A stretch of 56,895 nt of DNA from the NCBI GenBank assembly GCA_034722015.1, contig JAYENI010000207.1:1-56895 (forward strand), read 5' to 3'. The position numbers and the translations under genes are program-made. The stretch is from Pseudomonadota bacterium. GTDB lineage: Bacteria; Pseudomonadota; Gammaproteobacteria; JAJDOJ01. Shown piece after piece: positions 48,413 to 56,895 of the stretch (positions are counted from its first letter, which is position 1; every line of letters begins with the position of its first letter). Below the pieces are notes generated by a model, which saw only the letters and a list, made by a program, of their open reading frames with translations, ran no database searches and was not told the origin of the DNA.

Positions 48413-50166
48413 AACAAGGTAGAACCCACGGGTGGCGAGCGGTGGCGGTACTGGCCATCTTGTTGCCGCCAATGGCCATCGCGGCCACCCAGACGTTCGA
48501 GGACCGCGCGGCCGACACGGGCCTCACGTTCGAATACTTCAACGGGATGTTCGGCGAGTTCTACTTCGTCGAGAACATCGGCGGTGGCGTGGCGCTGCTC
48601 GACTTCGACAACGACGGCGATCTCGACGTCTACCTGACACAGGGGCATATGCTCGGAAAAGGAAAGACCTTCGCGGATGCGTCGTACCCACCACCGGACG
48701 GTCTCGAACTGAACGACCGGCTTTTCCGCAACGATCTCGTCGTCGGCAGGGACGGAAAACCGCAGCTGCGTTTCACCGACGTGACGCGCGAAGCGGGACT
48801 GGACGTGCGCGACTACGGCATGGGAGTCTCCGCCGCGGACTACGACAACGACGGAAACACGGACCTGTTCGTCACGAGCTGGGGGCAAAACCGGCTGCTG
48901 CGAAATCTCGGCAACGGAAAATTCGCCGACGTCACTGCCAGGACCGGACTCGGGGCCGAAGGCTGGGGCGTGAGTGCCGCGTTCCTGGACTATGACCGGG
49001 ACGGAAACCTCGACCTCTATGTCGGCAATTACGTCGTCTTCGACCCGGAGAAAAACAAGGCGTGCTTCGCGCTGAACGGGGCGCAAGACTATTGCGCCCC
49101 CCAGTTCTACGAAGCGATCGGCGACCGGCTCTACCGCAATCGGGGGGACGGTACCTTCGAGGACGCGACCGCTGCCGCCGGCATCGACAAGGCGACTGCC
49201 CCCGGACTCGGGGTCATTGCCGCGGATTTCAATGGTGACGGCTGGACCGACGTCTACGTTGCCAACGACGGTCGCCCGAATCAGCTCTGGATCAACCAGA
49301 AAAACGCAAGCTTCAAGGACGACGCCTTTCTGGCCGGAGTGGCGGTGAACATGGAAGGCGCCCCGGAGGCGAGTATGGGGGTCGACGCGGCGGATTTCGA
49401 CGCAGACGGTGACGAGGACCTCTTCATGACGCACCTCCTCGGTGAAACCAACACGATCTACGTCAACGACGGCCAGGGCTGGTTCGAAGACCGCACTCCG
49501 GCGACCGGGCTCGGCGCCCCCAGCAAGGGATTCACCTCCTTCGGCACGATCTGGTTCGACTACGACAACGACGGCTGGCTCGACCTGTTCATCGCCAACG
49601 GCGAGGTGCGGGTGATGCCGATCCTGGCCCGATCCGGGGACAAGTATCCCCTGCGTCAGCCGAACCAGCTGTTTCGCAGTCTCGGCAACGGAAAATTCGA
49701 GGAAGTCACGGCGAACGCCGGGGACGTCTTCGGTCTGTCCGAGGTCAGCCGCGGTGCTGCAATGGGCGACATCGACAACGATGGTGATCTCGATATCGTT
49801 GTAGCCAACAGCAACGGCCCGACCCGTCTCCTGATCAACAACATCGGCAACGAAAATCCCTGGATCGGGTTCCGGTTGCTGGATTCGAGGGGGCGCGATG
49901 CCATCGGCGCCAACATCGAGATCACCAGAAAAAGGGCGGGGCCGCTGCACCGCCGGGTCCGGACGGACGGCAGTTACGCGTCGGCGAATTCACCCCGCGT
50001 GCTCGTCGGACTTGGCAAGGATCCCGAAATCGAGCGCGTGACGGTGCACTGGCCGAGCGGCCGGACAGAATCCTGGCGCAGTCTGTCTACCGGCCGATTC
50101 CACACCCTGGCAGAAGGAGAGGGACGGGCGGCGGATACGAAGGATGACCCGGCGAGGTCTGGTTAA
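48409..50166 (+). CDS. CRTAC1-like FG-GAP repeat/ASPIC-UnbV protein with signal peptide
   Basis: ENIGGGVALLDFDNDGDLD, repeated DYDNDG motifs, SRGAAMGDIDNDGDLD and DAIGA...GSYASANS; TTG start overlapping the upstream stop. Confidence 0.88.
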   Translation: MKQGRTHGWRAVAVLAILLPPMAIAATQTFEDRAADTGLTFEYFNGMFGEFYFVENIGGGVALLDFDNDGDLDVYLTQGHMLGKGKTFADASYPPPDGLELNDRLFRNDLVVGRDGKPQLRFTDVTREAGLDVRDYGMGVSAADYDNDGNTDLFVTSWGQNRLLRNLGNGKFADVTARTGLGAEGWGVSAAFLDYDRDGNLDLYVGNYVVFDPEKNKACFALNGAQDYCAPQFYEAIGDRLYRNRGDGTFEDATAAAGIDKATAPGLGVIAADFNGDGWTDVYVANDGRPNQLWINQKNASFKDDAFLAGVAVNMEGAPEASMGVDAADFDADGDEDLFMTHLLGETNTIYVNDGQGWFEDRTPATGLGAPSKGFTSFGTIWFDYDNDGWLDLFIANGEVRVMPILARSGDKYPLRQPNQLFRSLGNGKFEEVTANAGDVFGLSEVSRGAAMGDIDNDGDLDIVVANSNGPTRLLINNIGNENPWIGFRLLDSRGRDAIGANIEITRKRAGPLHRRVRTDGSYASANSPRVLVGLGKDPEIERVTVHWPSGRTESWRSLSTGRFHTLAEGEGRAADTKDDPARSG

Positions 50167-50170
50167 CGGC

Positions 50171-51931
50171 ATGGCAAAGTTATTTATGATTCGGACACCT
50201 TCCATACTTCACCGGAAAATCGTCGTGAGACTGCCGGACCGGTCGAGTCGGGTCCTTCCGGCGCTCCTCGCGGTGTGCCTGTGGGCACCATTCCCGGCCC
50301 AATCGTTACCCGGTGCAGAACCCCTTTCGGTTCCCGTTACCGTCACAACAGACGGAAAGACGATTCATCTCGAGGCGCTGCCCACACCCGACCTGTCCGA
50401 GACCGAGGAGGCAGTCAGACAGACCCTCGAGGAAACACGCCGGAGTCTCGCCGCGCTGACCCGCGGAGAGTCCGATGCGGGCAAACTCGCGTCGGCATGG
50501 GGACGCCTCGGCGAGTTGTATCACGCCCACCACATCTACATCCCCGCGGACCCGGCATACGCCAACGCCGGCTCGCTGGATCCCGGGAATCCCCGCTGGC
50601 CCTACCTTCGGGCCTGGCTGGCCGAGAAGACCACGCGTTCCGATGACGCCATCCGGTACTACAACCAGGTGCTGGAACTCGATCCCGATCACGAGCACGC
50701 CCGACTGCGACTCGCGTTGGTCTACCTCGACGTCAATCAGACCGACAAGGCGAGGCCGCTGCTGGAGAAACCCTTCACGACCCCCGGCATGGACGCCGCG
50801 GTCCAGTTCGCGCTTGGCAGGATGGCATTGCAGGAACATGACTATGAACGTGCGGCCGGGATGCTGGAACGGGTGCTGGAATTACAGCCTCACGCCTCAC
50901 GCGCCTATTCCCCACTTGGCATGGCCTACCGCGGTATGGGAGATGTCGAAGGGGCACGGCGCGCACTTTCCCTTTACGGGGACGGCAAACCAAAGATCCC
51001 GGACCCCGTGACAGACGATCTCGACGCCCTGCTGACCGGGGGCCGCACCCAGTTTCACAGGGGGCTCGTCGGGATCCAGGAAGGTCGCTATGACATCGCC
51101 GCGGCGGCATTCGGCGACGCCGCGGCAGCGAACCCGGAAAATGTCAATGTACGAGTGAGTTACGCCCGCGCGCTGTACCTCGACGGCAGGAAAGACGCCG
51201 GCCGCGGGGAACTGGAGGCGGCACTGGAGCAGGACCCCGACCACGCACTCGCAAACTTTCTTTACGGCGTACTACTGGCCGGGGACGGTCAAGAGGAGGA
51301 GGCGGTTTCCCGATTGGAGAAGACTCTCTCTCGTGAACCGGAACACTCGGGCGCGCACCATTTCCTGGGAAACGTCATGATGGAAACCGGCGACTATGGC
51401 GCCGCGGCGCGGCACTACGAAGCGGCCGTGCGCGCAACGCCCATGGACAACGTCGCCCGCGCCCTGGGCGCCATGGCGCTGTTGCGCTCGGGGGCCCCGC
51501 ACGCACGCGCGGTGGCGCTCCTCGAAGAGGCGCACGGGGCCGACCCGGGGAATCCCTTCTTCACCTATACACTGGCCTGGCTGCTCGCAGGCAGCCCGGA
51601 TGCAGGCGTTCGAGACGGGCCACGAGCACTCGCGCTGGCCGAGGCGCTGATCGAGCGGCAGGACGATCCCGGAAACGCCGAGGTCCTGGCCATGGCCCTC
51701 GCGGAGACCGGTCAGTATGACGAGGCCGAATCGCTACAATCGCGCGTCATCACGTCAGCCTTCCAGGGCGGACGGTTTGACATCGCACCCCGATTACAGC
51801 GCTGTCTGGAGTCCTACAGAAGCGCGCAGGGCTGCCATCACATCTGGCCCGAGAACGACCCTGTCTACCGCGCGCCTCCGCTCGACCCAAGCGGGCCGTT
51901 CAGGGACTATCCCACGATCGATCCCTACTAA
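50171..51931 (+). CDS. Exported multi-TPR protein
   Basis: Hydrophobic N-terminus, many TPR-like repeats (e.g. AIRYYNQVLELDPDHEHARLRLA); start uncertain (50144/50171/50225). Confidence 0.82.
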   Translation: MAKLFMIRTPSILHRKIVVRLPDRSSRVLPALLAVCLWAPFPAQSLPGAEPLSVPVTVTTDGKTIHLEALPTPDLSETEEAVRQTLEETRRSLAALTRGESDAGKLASAWGRLGELYHAHHIYIPADPAYANAGSLDPGNPRWPYLRAWLAEKTTRSDDAIRYYNQVLELDPDHEHARLRLALVYLDVNQTDKARPLLEKPFTTPGMDAAVQFALGRMALQEHDYERAAGMLERVLELQPHASRAYSPLGMAYRGMGDVEGARRALSLYGDGKPKIPDPVTDDLDALLTGGRTQFHRGLVGIQEGRYDIAAAAFGDAAAANPENVNVRVSYARALYLDGRKDAGRGELEAALEQDPDHALANFLYGVLLAGDGQEEEAVSRLEKTLSREPEHSGAHHFLGNVMMETGDYGAAARHYEAAVRATPMDNVARALGAMALLRSGAPHARAVALLEEAHGADPGNPFFTYTLAWLLAGSPDAGVRDGPRALALAEALIERQDDPGNAEVLAMALAETGQYDEAESLQSRVITSAFQGGRFDIAPRLQRCLESYRSAQGCHHIWPENDPVYRAPPLDPSGPFRDYPTIDPY

Positions 51932-51962
51932 GGCGATTTCTGTCAAATCACATACCATCTTG
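51932..51962 (-). repeat. Terminal fragment of the MITE at the TPR gene stop codon
   Basis: TAA-GGCGATTTCTGTCAAATCACATACCATCTTG is identical to the corresponding end of copy 4. Confidence 0.8.
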
Positions 51963-52031
51963 ATGAACGAGATAACTGCCAGGCAACACGGGAAGACGCC
52001 ATCGAGGCGACGCTGCGTGCATCTGCCCGGC

Positions 52032-55000
52032 ATGCGTTTCCTGCAATTTCCGCTACTTGCCCTGTTCGTTCTGCTCGCCGCTCTCGGCGGTTGTTCGCGG
52101 GACGAGGGGGCCTACGAAGAGGTGTCGGCACAGCATTTTCCCACCGGTTCCCGCCTGGATCCGGATGTCGTTGCGGCGAACAACCTCGGTGTCGGCCTGA
52201 TGGGCCAGTTCGATTATGCCGGCGCACAAAATGTCTTTTCGGAACTCCTCGAACGTCACCCGGAACTCGAGGAGGTCAAGGTCAACCTGGCCATCGCGAC
52301 CCTGAATCGCCAGGATGAAGGCGACGAGCAGACCGCCCTGGAGATCGTGGACCAGGTCATAGCCAACCACCCCGCCCAACTGCGTGCCCACTACGTCGCC
52401 GGACTGCTACGCCTCTATATGGCCACGCCGGAGACCGCCCTGGCACATTTCCGTACCATCAGCGAGGCCGACCCCCGGGACGCTTATGCCGCCTACTACC
52501 TCGGGCAAACACTGGCGCAGACCGGGGAACACGAAACCGCCGTCCTCCGGTATCGTGAGGCGCTGGACATCGACCCCTATCTGCGGAGTGCCTACTATGG
52601 CGCTTTCCAGGCCCTTCGGCGCCTGCGACGGGCCGAAGAGGCCAGGGTGCTGATCGACGCCTATCAGCGTCTGGCCGACAATCCACGGGCCCGCCTCGCT
52701 GAATTCAAGTACACGCGAATGGGACCAAAGGCCGAGGCACTGGCCTTCGGTGACGCCGGGAGTACCCCTTCGCCGCACCCGAAAGGCCCCCTCTTCTCGC
52801 AACCTGTCGAGGTCTCAAGCCAGCGGGTTCGTGCCACCGGCGATCCGCAGCGTCACGCCGGCGTAAATGCCGCCGACGTAGACGGTGACGGACGCATCGA
52901 TCTTTTTCTCTCCGGTCGCCGCAGTGCCTCCGGGACCTTCAACACCCTGCTATCGGGGCTGGAGGATACCGGAACCCCGAAGGTGAAAGAATTTCCGCCA
53001 GACTCCATCGACGGTGTTAATGCCAGTGTGTGGGGCGACATCGACAACGACGGCCTGATCGACGTGTATCTACTTCGAAACGGACAGAACCAGCTCTGGC
53101 GCCAGGTCCGTCAGGGCGAGTGGCAAAACATTACCCTGGACTCAGGCACCTCGGCAGGCGATTCAGACTCCGTAGACGGCGCAATGTTCGATGCCGACCA
53201 CGACGGCGACCTCGATGTCTTCATCGTGAACGCGGACGGTCCCAACGAATTGCTGAACAACAACCGGGACGGGACCTTCCGGCCGATAGCGACTGACAGC
53301 GGCGTCGCGGGACCCGGCACCGGATCACGGCAGGTCCTGCCGATCGACCTCGATAACGATCGTGACGTCGATCTGGTCGTACTCAACACGAAGGCCCCGC
53401 ACGACGTCTATCTCAACGACCGGCTGTGGAGTTACCACCAGGCCGTGGGATTCGACCGGTTTCGCGACTCGCCGGCAATCGCCGTGATCGGCGCCGATCG
53501 GGACACCGACGGTCACGCGGAACTCTACACACTCGCCCCTGAAGGCGAGGTGTTGCGATGGCAGCAGCGCACCGACGATTCCTGGGCATCGCAATCCTTC
53601 GGCGAGGTGAAGGCACCGGCAAAGACATGGGGCCAGCTGGCGGCATTCGACGCCGACGGAGACGGCACACCGGACATCCTGGCGGCCACCACCGAGGGGT
53701 GGATTATCCTGGGTACGGGTGCCAACCCGTTTGTGTTCGTCGCAGAGCCCGGCGACCGGCTGACAGGAGTCACCCCCCTGCTCACCAAATCCACCCGGGG
53801 ATACTCGATCGCCGCTGTCTCGGCATCCGGCAGGGTCAACCTATGGCGCCCCGGTGACGGGCGCTACCCGTTCCTGACGATGCGCTTCAGCGGCAAGGAA
53901 GACAAGGCCAACTCGATGCGCTCGAATGCCTCCGGCATCGGGACCACGGTGACGGTCCGCAGTGGCGATCGATGGGCGGTTGTTGACACGTGGCGATTGA
54001 TCTCGGGACCGGGCCAGGGTCTCCAGCCGGTGGCAATCGGGCTTGGCGGCGCACAGGCCGCGGATTTCGTCGAGATCGACTGGTCCGACGGCGTCTTTCA
54101 GAGCGAACTCGCCCTGAAACCGGGCACCGAGCACCTCATCACCGAAACCCAGCGGCAACTCTCGAGTTGCCCGGTGCTGTTTGCCTGGAATGGCGAGCAA
54201 TTCGGGTTCGTGAGCGACCTGCTGGGTGTCGGTGGCATCGGCTACGCGGTCGGACCCGGGGAATACAGCGAACCCCGACCATGGGAAAATTTTCTCCTCC
54301 CGCCCGGCTCGATCAGGCCCCGCGACGGTCGCCTGGCGCTCAAGATCGCGGAACCCATGGAGGAAGCCGCGTACCTGGATGCCGCGAGACTGATTGCGTT
54401 CGACATGCCCCCGGGCTGGCGCATGGCGCTGGACGAGCGGTTACACACCGGCGGGCCGGAGCCCACCGGCACGCCGATTTTCTATCGCCACGAGAGTCTC
54501 CCTGCAGCAGCAACCAACGAACGGGGTGAAGACGTCCTCGCAACGCTCAGGGAAAGAGACGGCGTGGCGGCGCCGGTCGGCGAACTGGACGACCGGTTTA
54601 TCGGCAGGCTGGCCGGAGAACACGTCCTGACACTGGAGTTTCCCGCGGCACTCGAACGTCGGGGCACCGAAGCGGTACTGGTTGCCGATGGCTGGGTGGA
54701 GTATCCCTATTCGCAAACCAACTTCGCGGCCTGGCAAGCCGGCGCCACCTTCGATCCGCCGACCATCGAGGCCCGCGGCCGCGACGGTGCATGGCGGGTG
54801 GTCCTTCGCGGTTTCGGTTATCCCGCGGGGATGCCCAGAAGGATGTCGGTTCCTCTGGCCGATCTACCACCCGGGACCAACGGGCTGAGAATTCGCTCGA
54901 ACATGGAAGTCTACTGGGACAGGATTGCGGTCGCCTGGGTTGAACCGCTGACCTCGGCCCGGCGATCGGATCTTGAGCTTCTCGAGGGCCGGGTTGCGGC

Positions 55001-55388
55001 CACCGGGTTTGCGCGAAGGACGACATTTGCCCAGCGCCGACCATGGTACGACTACCGGGACCGAGCCCCCTTTTGGGACACCCGCTACCTCGCCGGCAAC
55101 TACACGCGCTTTGGTCCCGCGCCCGCACTGGTGAGCGAGGTCGACGACGCTGTGGCGATCATCGGCCCCGGAGAGGAGATCCACCTCGAGTTTGCCGCAC
55201 CGGAATTACCGGTCGAACCGGGCTGGTCGAGGCAGTATGTCCTGGAAACCAACGGCTGGGCCAAGGACATGGACCTCTACACCCGTGACGGGGATACCCT
55301 GGGGCCGCTTCCCGGGAGTGGAAAACCGGCCGCCCCCAGGGAGCGGCTGCACGATCGCTACAACACACGCTATCTGGCGGGACGATGA
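52032..55388 (+). CDS. Large lipoprotein: TPRs, FG-GAP repeats, ASPIC-UnbV-like region and an unassigned C-terminal domain
   Basis: MRFLQFPLLALFVLLAALGGC lipobox-type leader; TPRs; DxDxDG repeats; RSNASGIG; about 400-aa tail starting SSCPVLFAWNG. Confidence 0.85.
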   Translation: MRFLQFPLLALFVLLAALGGCSRDEGAYEEVSAQHFPTGSRLDPDVVAANNLGVGLMGQFDYAGAQNVFSELLERHPELEEVKVNLAIATLNRQDEGDEQTALEIVDQVIANHPAQLRAHYVAGLLRLYMATPETALAHFRTISEADPRDAYAAYYLGQTLAQTGEHETAVLRYREALDIDPYLRSAYYGAFQALRRLRRAEEARVLIDAYQRLADNPRARLAEFKYTRMGPKAEALAFGDAGSTPSPHPKGPLFSQPVEVSSQRVRATGDPQRHAGVNAADVDGDGRIDLFLSGRRSASGTFNTLLSGLEDTGTPKVKEFPPDSIDGVNASVWGDIDNDGLIDVYLLRNGQNQLWRQVRQGEWQNITLDSGTSAGDSDSVDGAMFDADHDGDLDVFIVNADGPNELLNNNRDGTFRPIATDSGVAGPGTGSRQVLPIDLDNDRDVDLVVLNTKAPHDVYLNDRLWSYHQAVGFDRFRDSPAIAVIGADRDTDGHAELYTLAPEGEVLRWQQRTDDSWASQSFGEVKAPAKTWGQLAAFDADGDGTPDILAATTEGWIILGTGANPFVFVAEPGDRLTGVTPLLTKSTRGYSIAAVSASGRVNLWRPGDGRYPFLTMRFSGKEDKANSMRSNASGIGTTVTVRSGDRWAVVDTWRLISGPGQGLQPVAIGLGGAQAADFVEIDWSDGVFQSELALKPGTEHLITETQRQLSSCPVLFAWNGEQFGFVSDLLGVGGIGYAVGPGEYSEPRPWENFLLPPGSIRPRDGRLALKIAEPMEEAAYLDAARLIAFDMPPGWRMALDERLHTGGPEPTGTPIFYRHESLPAAATNERGEDVLATLRERDGVAAPVGELDDRFIGRLAGEHVLTLEFPAALERRGTEAVLVADGWVEYPYSQTNFAAWQAGATFDPPTIEARGRDGAWRVVLRGFGYPAGMPRRMSVPLADLPPGTNGLRIRSNMEVYWDRIAVAWVEPLTSARRSDLELLEGRVAATGFARRTTFAQRRPWYDYRDRAPFWDTRYLAGNYTRFGPAPALVSEVDDAVAIIGPGEEIHLEFAAPELPVEPGWSRQYVLETNGWAKDMDLYTRDGDTLGPLPGSGKPAAPRERLHDRYNTRYLAGR

Positions 55389-56392
55389 TCACCCGCCTCG
55401 CCGACGATACGGGTGATCGTGGCCTGGCTGGTGTCCAGGATACCGACTTCGGATAACCGCGGCAGCAATTCACGCCAGACCGGTTCGCGAGCAAAGACAT
55501 CCCCGAACAGCGGCAGTGACTCGCCGGTCCTCCCTGCGTTGACCAGGGACACGGCGTGCCAGAACTTCATCTCCACATTATCGGGAAACATCGACTCGGC
55601 CCGACCGTATTCCTCGAGTGCCGCATCTACATTGCCCGCCTCGATGGCAAGGTCGCCACGATTCATGTGATTGTATGCCCGTTGAAGGCGCAGCAATCGC
55701 CCCAGTTCCTCGAGGGGACTGGGGTGGTCCTCCACATGCAGGTCGACGATGCGTTGTTCGAGCGGATGCCCGGTGGATCTGCCCCCCACGATCAGCATGG
55801 CCGCGGATTGACGCCCGCGCAGGTCCCCGCCATGTCGCTGCGCCGCTTCGAGCGCGGCCAGCATGCGCTCGGCCAGGCCGCCATTCGCCTGCGTGAATGC
55901 ACTGGCCATTTCCTCGGGTACGCCAGGGTTCAGCATCAGGTTTGCCTGGACACTGAAACCCTGACCCACCAGGTGGCCCGCGTACTGAATGCACCGTTCC
56001 CCGGTGTGCGCAGCGACATTCCCGTTCCCGTCGATGATCGCCACCTGCCGGACCTCCGGATGGGGATCCATCTTCACAATGGCATCAAGCGCCTGCCGTG
56101 CGGTCCAGTCGGCACGCATCAGATCCAGCGCGGAGGCCCCATACCTCGGCTCGATAAAGGACTGCGTCGCGACGGCACCGACCCCCGGTTCCGCCCAGAT
56201 CACCAGCGAACCGACTGCGAACCAGTGTGACTGCACGGCGACACCGAGTCGACCCGTCTCCGGGTCGCGCGCAACGATAGAGTAGGTATATACAGGTCGT
56301 CCACCGAACCCGCTACGATCCAGGGTGACCGATTGGGACATGGCCGCGGGCACCGTCAGACTCACGATCAGGACTGCCAGTAGTTGCCTCAT
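55370..56392 (-). CDS. DUF1028-family (Ntn-hydrolase-like) exported protein with C-terminal TPR
   Basis: Signal peptide, then TYSIVARDPETGRLGVAVQSHWFAVG, GAVATQS and GGDLRGRQSAA. Confidence 0.85.
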   Translation of the reverse strand: MRQLLAVLIVSLTVPAAMSQSVTLDRSGFGGRPVYTYSIVARDPETGRLGVAVQSHWFAVGSLVIWAEPGVGAVATQSFIEPRYGASALDLMRADWTARQALDAIVKMDPHPEVRQVAIIDGNGNVAAHTGERCIQYAGHLVGQGFSVQANLMLNPGVPEEMASAFTQANGGLAERMLAALEAAQRHGGDLRGRQSAAMLIVGGRSTGHPLEQRIVDLHVEDHPSPLEELGRLLRLQRAYNHMNRGDLAIEAGNVDAALEEYGRAESMFPDNVEMKFWHAVSLVNAGRTGESLPLFGDVFAREPVWRELLPRLSEVGILDTSQATITRIVGEAGDHRPAR

Positions 56393-56644
56393 GCGTTGTT
56401 TTCCTTTCCGGGTAGACGAGAAGGGTTGTGCGGATCAGCCACGCGGGCGCCCGTCTCACCCGATTCAACAGACGATGGATTCCAGGCGTCGGATTCACCA
56501 ACACTCCACGGCATTTTTTGTTCGTTCGTCTCCAACGAGATCTTCCATTCGGCACAGGGCCGTTCCTGTCGCCCGCAAACCAGGACCTGATTTTCCTTTG
56601 CGTGTCATTTGGTTACATGTAATTCTCTGAAAAACCACAAAGGT

Positions 56645-56660
56645 TGGCATGCATTCTGCA
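56645..56660 (+). promoter_or_regulatory. Sigma54-type -24/-12 promoter
   Basis: TGGCATGCATTCTGCA: GG at 56646-56647, 10 nt, GC at 56658-56659; 75 bp upstream of an ORF with an AGGAG RBS. Confidence 0.65.
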
Positions 56661-56735
56661 TTATTCAAGCCATGGACGGATAATCGTTCATAAACCTTGA
56701 ACGCACAGATCTCATTCGAACCAGGAGAACACATC

Positions 56736-56895
56736 ATGTTGAACATCAAAGACCTCGCAGACAGCAAGACCCTCGACCGCGACGCCATGGCCGCAGTCGC
56801 CGGCGGCTCCGGCTACGGTTTCCCCGGCTTCCCCTTCAAGGAAGTCTACAAACTCGACCAGCGCTCGTTCGACGTCAACGTCGAGGTCCTGCAGG
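56736..56895 (+). CDS. Small exported protein/peptide precursor with a double-glycine-type leader (runs off the window end)
   Basis: Manual translation MLNIKDLADSKTLDRDAMAAVAGG-SGYGFPGFPFKEVYKLDQRSFDVNVEVLQ...; AGGAG at 56723-56727; absent from the supplied ORF track. Confidence 0.75.
   Translation, partial: MLNIKDLADSKTLDRDAMAAVAGGSGYGFPGFPFKEVYKLDQRSFDVNVEVLQ

Noticed and set aside
48391-49950. 519-aa minus-strand ORF
   Set aside because: Antisense shadow of the second CRTAC1-like gene
51717-52031. N-terminal extension of the large lipoprotein (starts at 51717 or 51963)
   Set aside because: Overlaps the TPR gene and the MITE fragment; ATG 52032 gives a proper lipoprotein signal

Overview
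High-GC gammaproteobacterial chromosome segment (lineage inferred from gene order) with three zones. (1) 1-13.7 kb is accessory DNA at a tRNA-Asn locus. It holds the right end of an integrase-bearing element (attR = 3' tRNA-Asn fragment) and a partly decayed defence island. The island contains a PLD-SNF2 helicase, a broken type ISP-like methyltransferase/TRD gene ending in a LexA-like S24 module, a DUF3800 gene with a structured RNA directly downstream, vapBC, a HipA-kinase/HIRAN pair and several gene scraps. (2) 13.8-40.6 kb is mostly core genes: gyrA-serC-serA-pheA-hisC-tyrA-aroA-cmk-rpsA-ihfB-lapB-galU, mtnA, mtaD-ubiG-gph-rmuC and menF-menD. (3) 40.6-56.9 kb holds a collapsed oxidoreductase-operon remnant, then a cell-envelope cluster of unknown function: a membrane penta-heme cytochrome c-TPR protein, a WecA-like transferase, three FG-GAP/ASPIC-UnbV proteins, a TPR protein and DUF1028. 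The window ends in a small double-glycine-leader ORF behind a sigma54-type promoter. A 157-bp MITE with TAA/TTA target duplications occurs as 6 full and 2 partial copies. All family calls come from motif recognition by eye; no searches were run.
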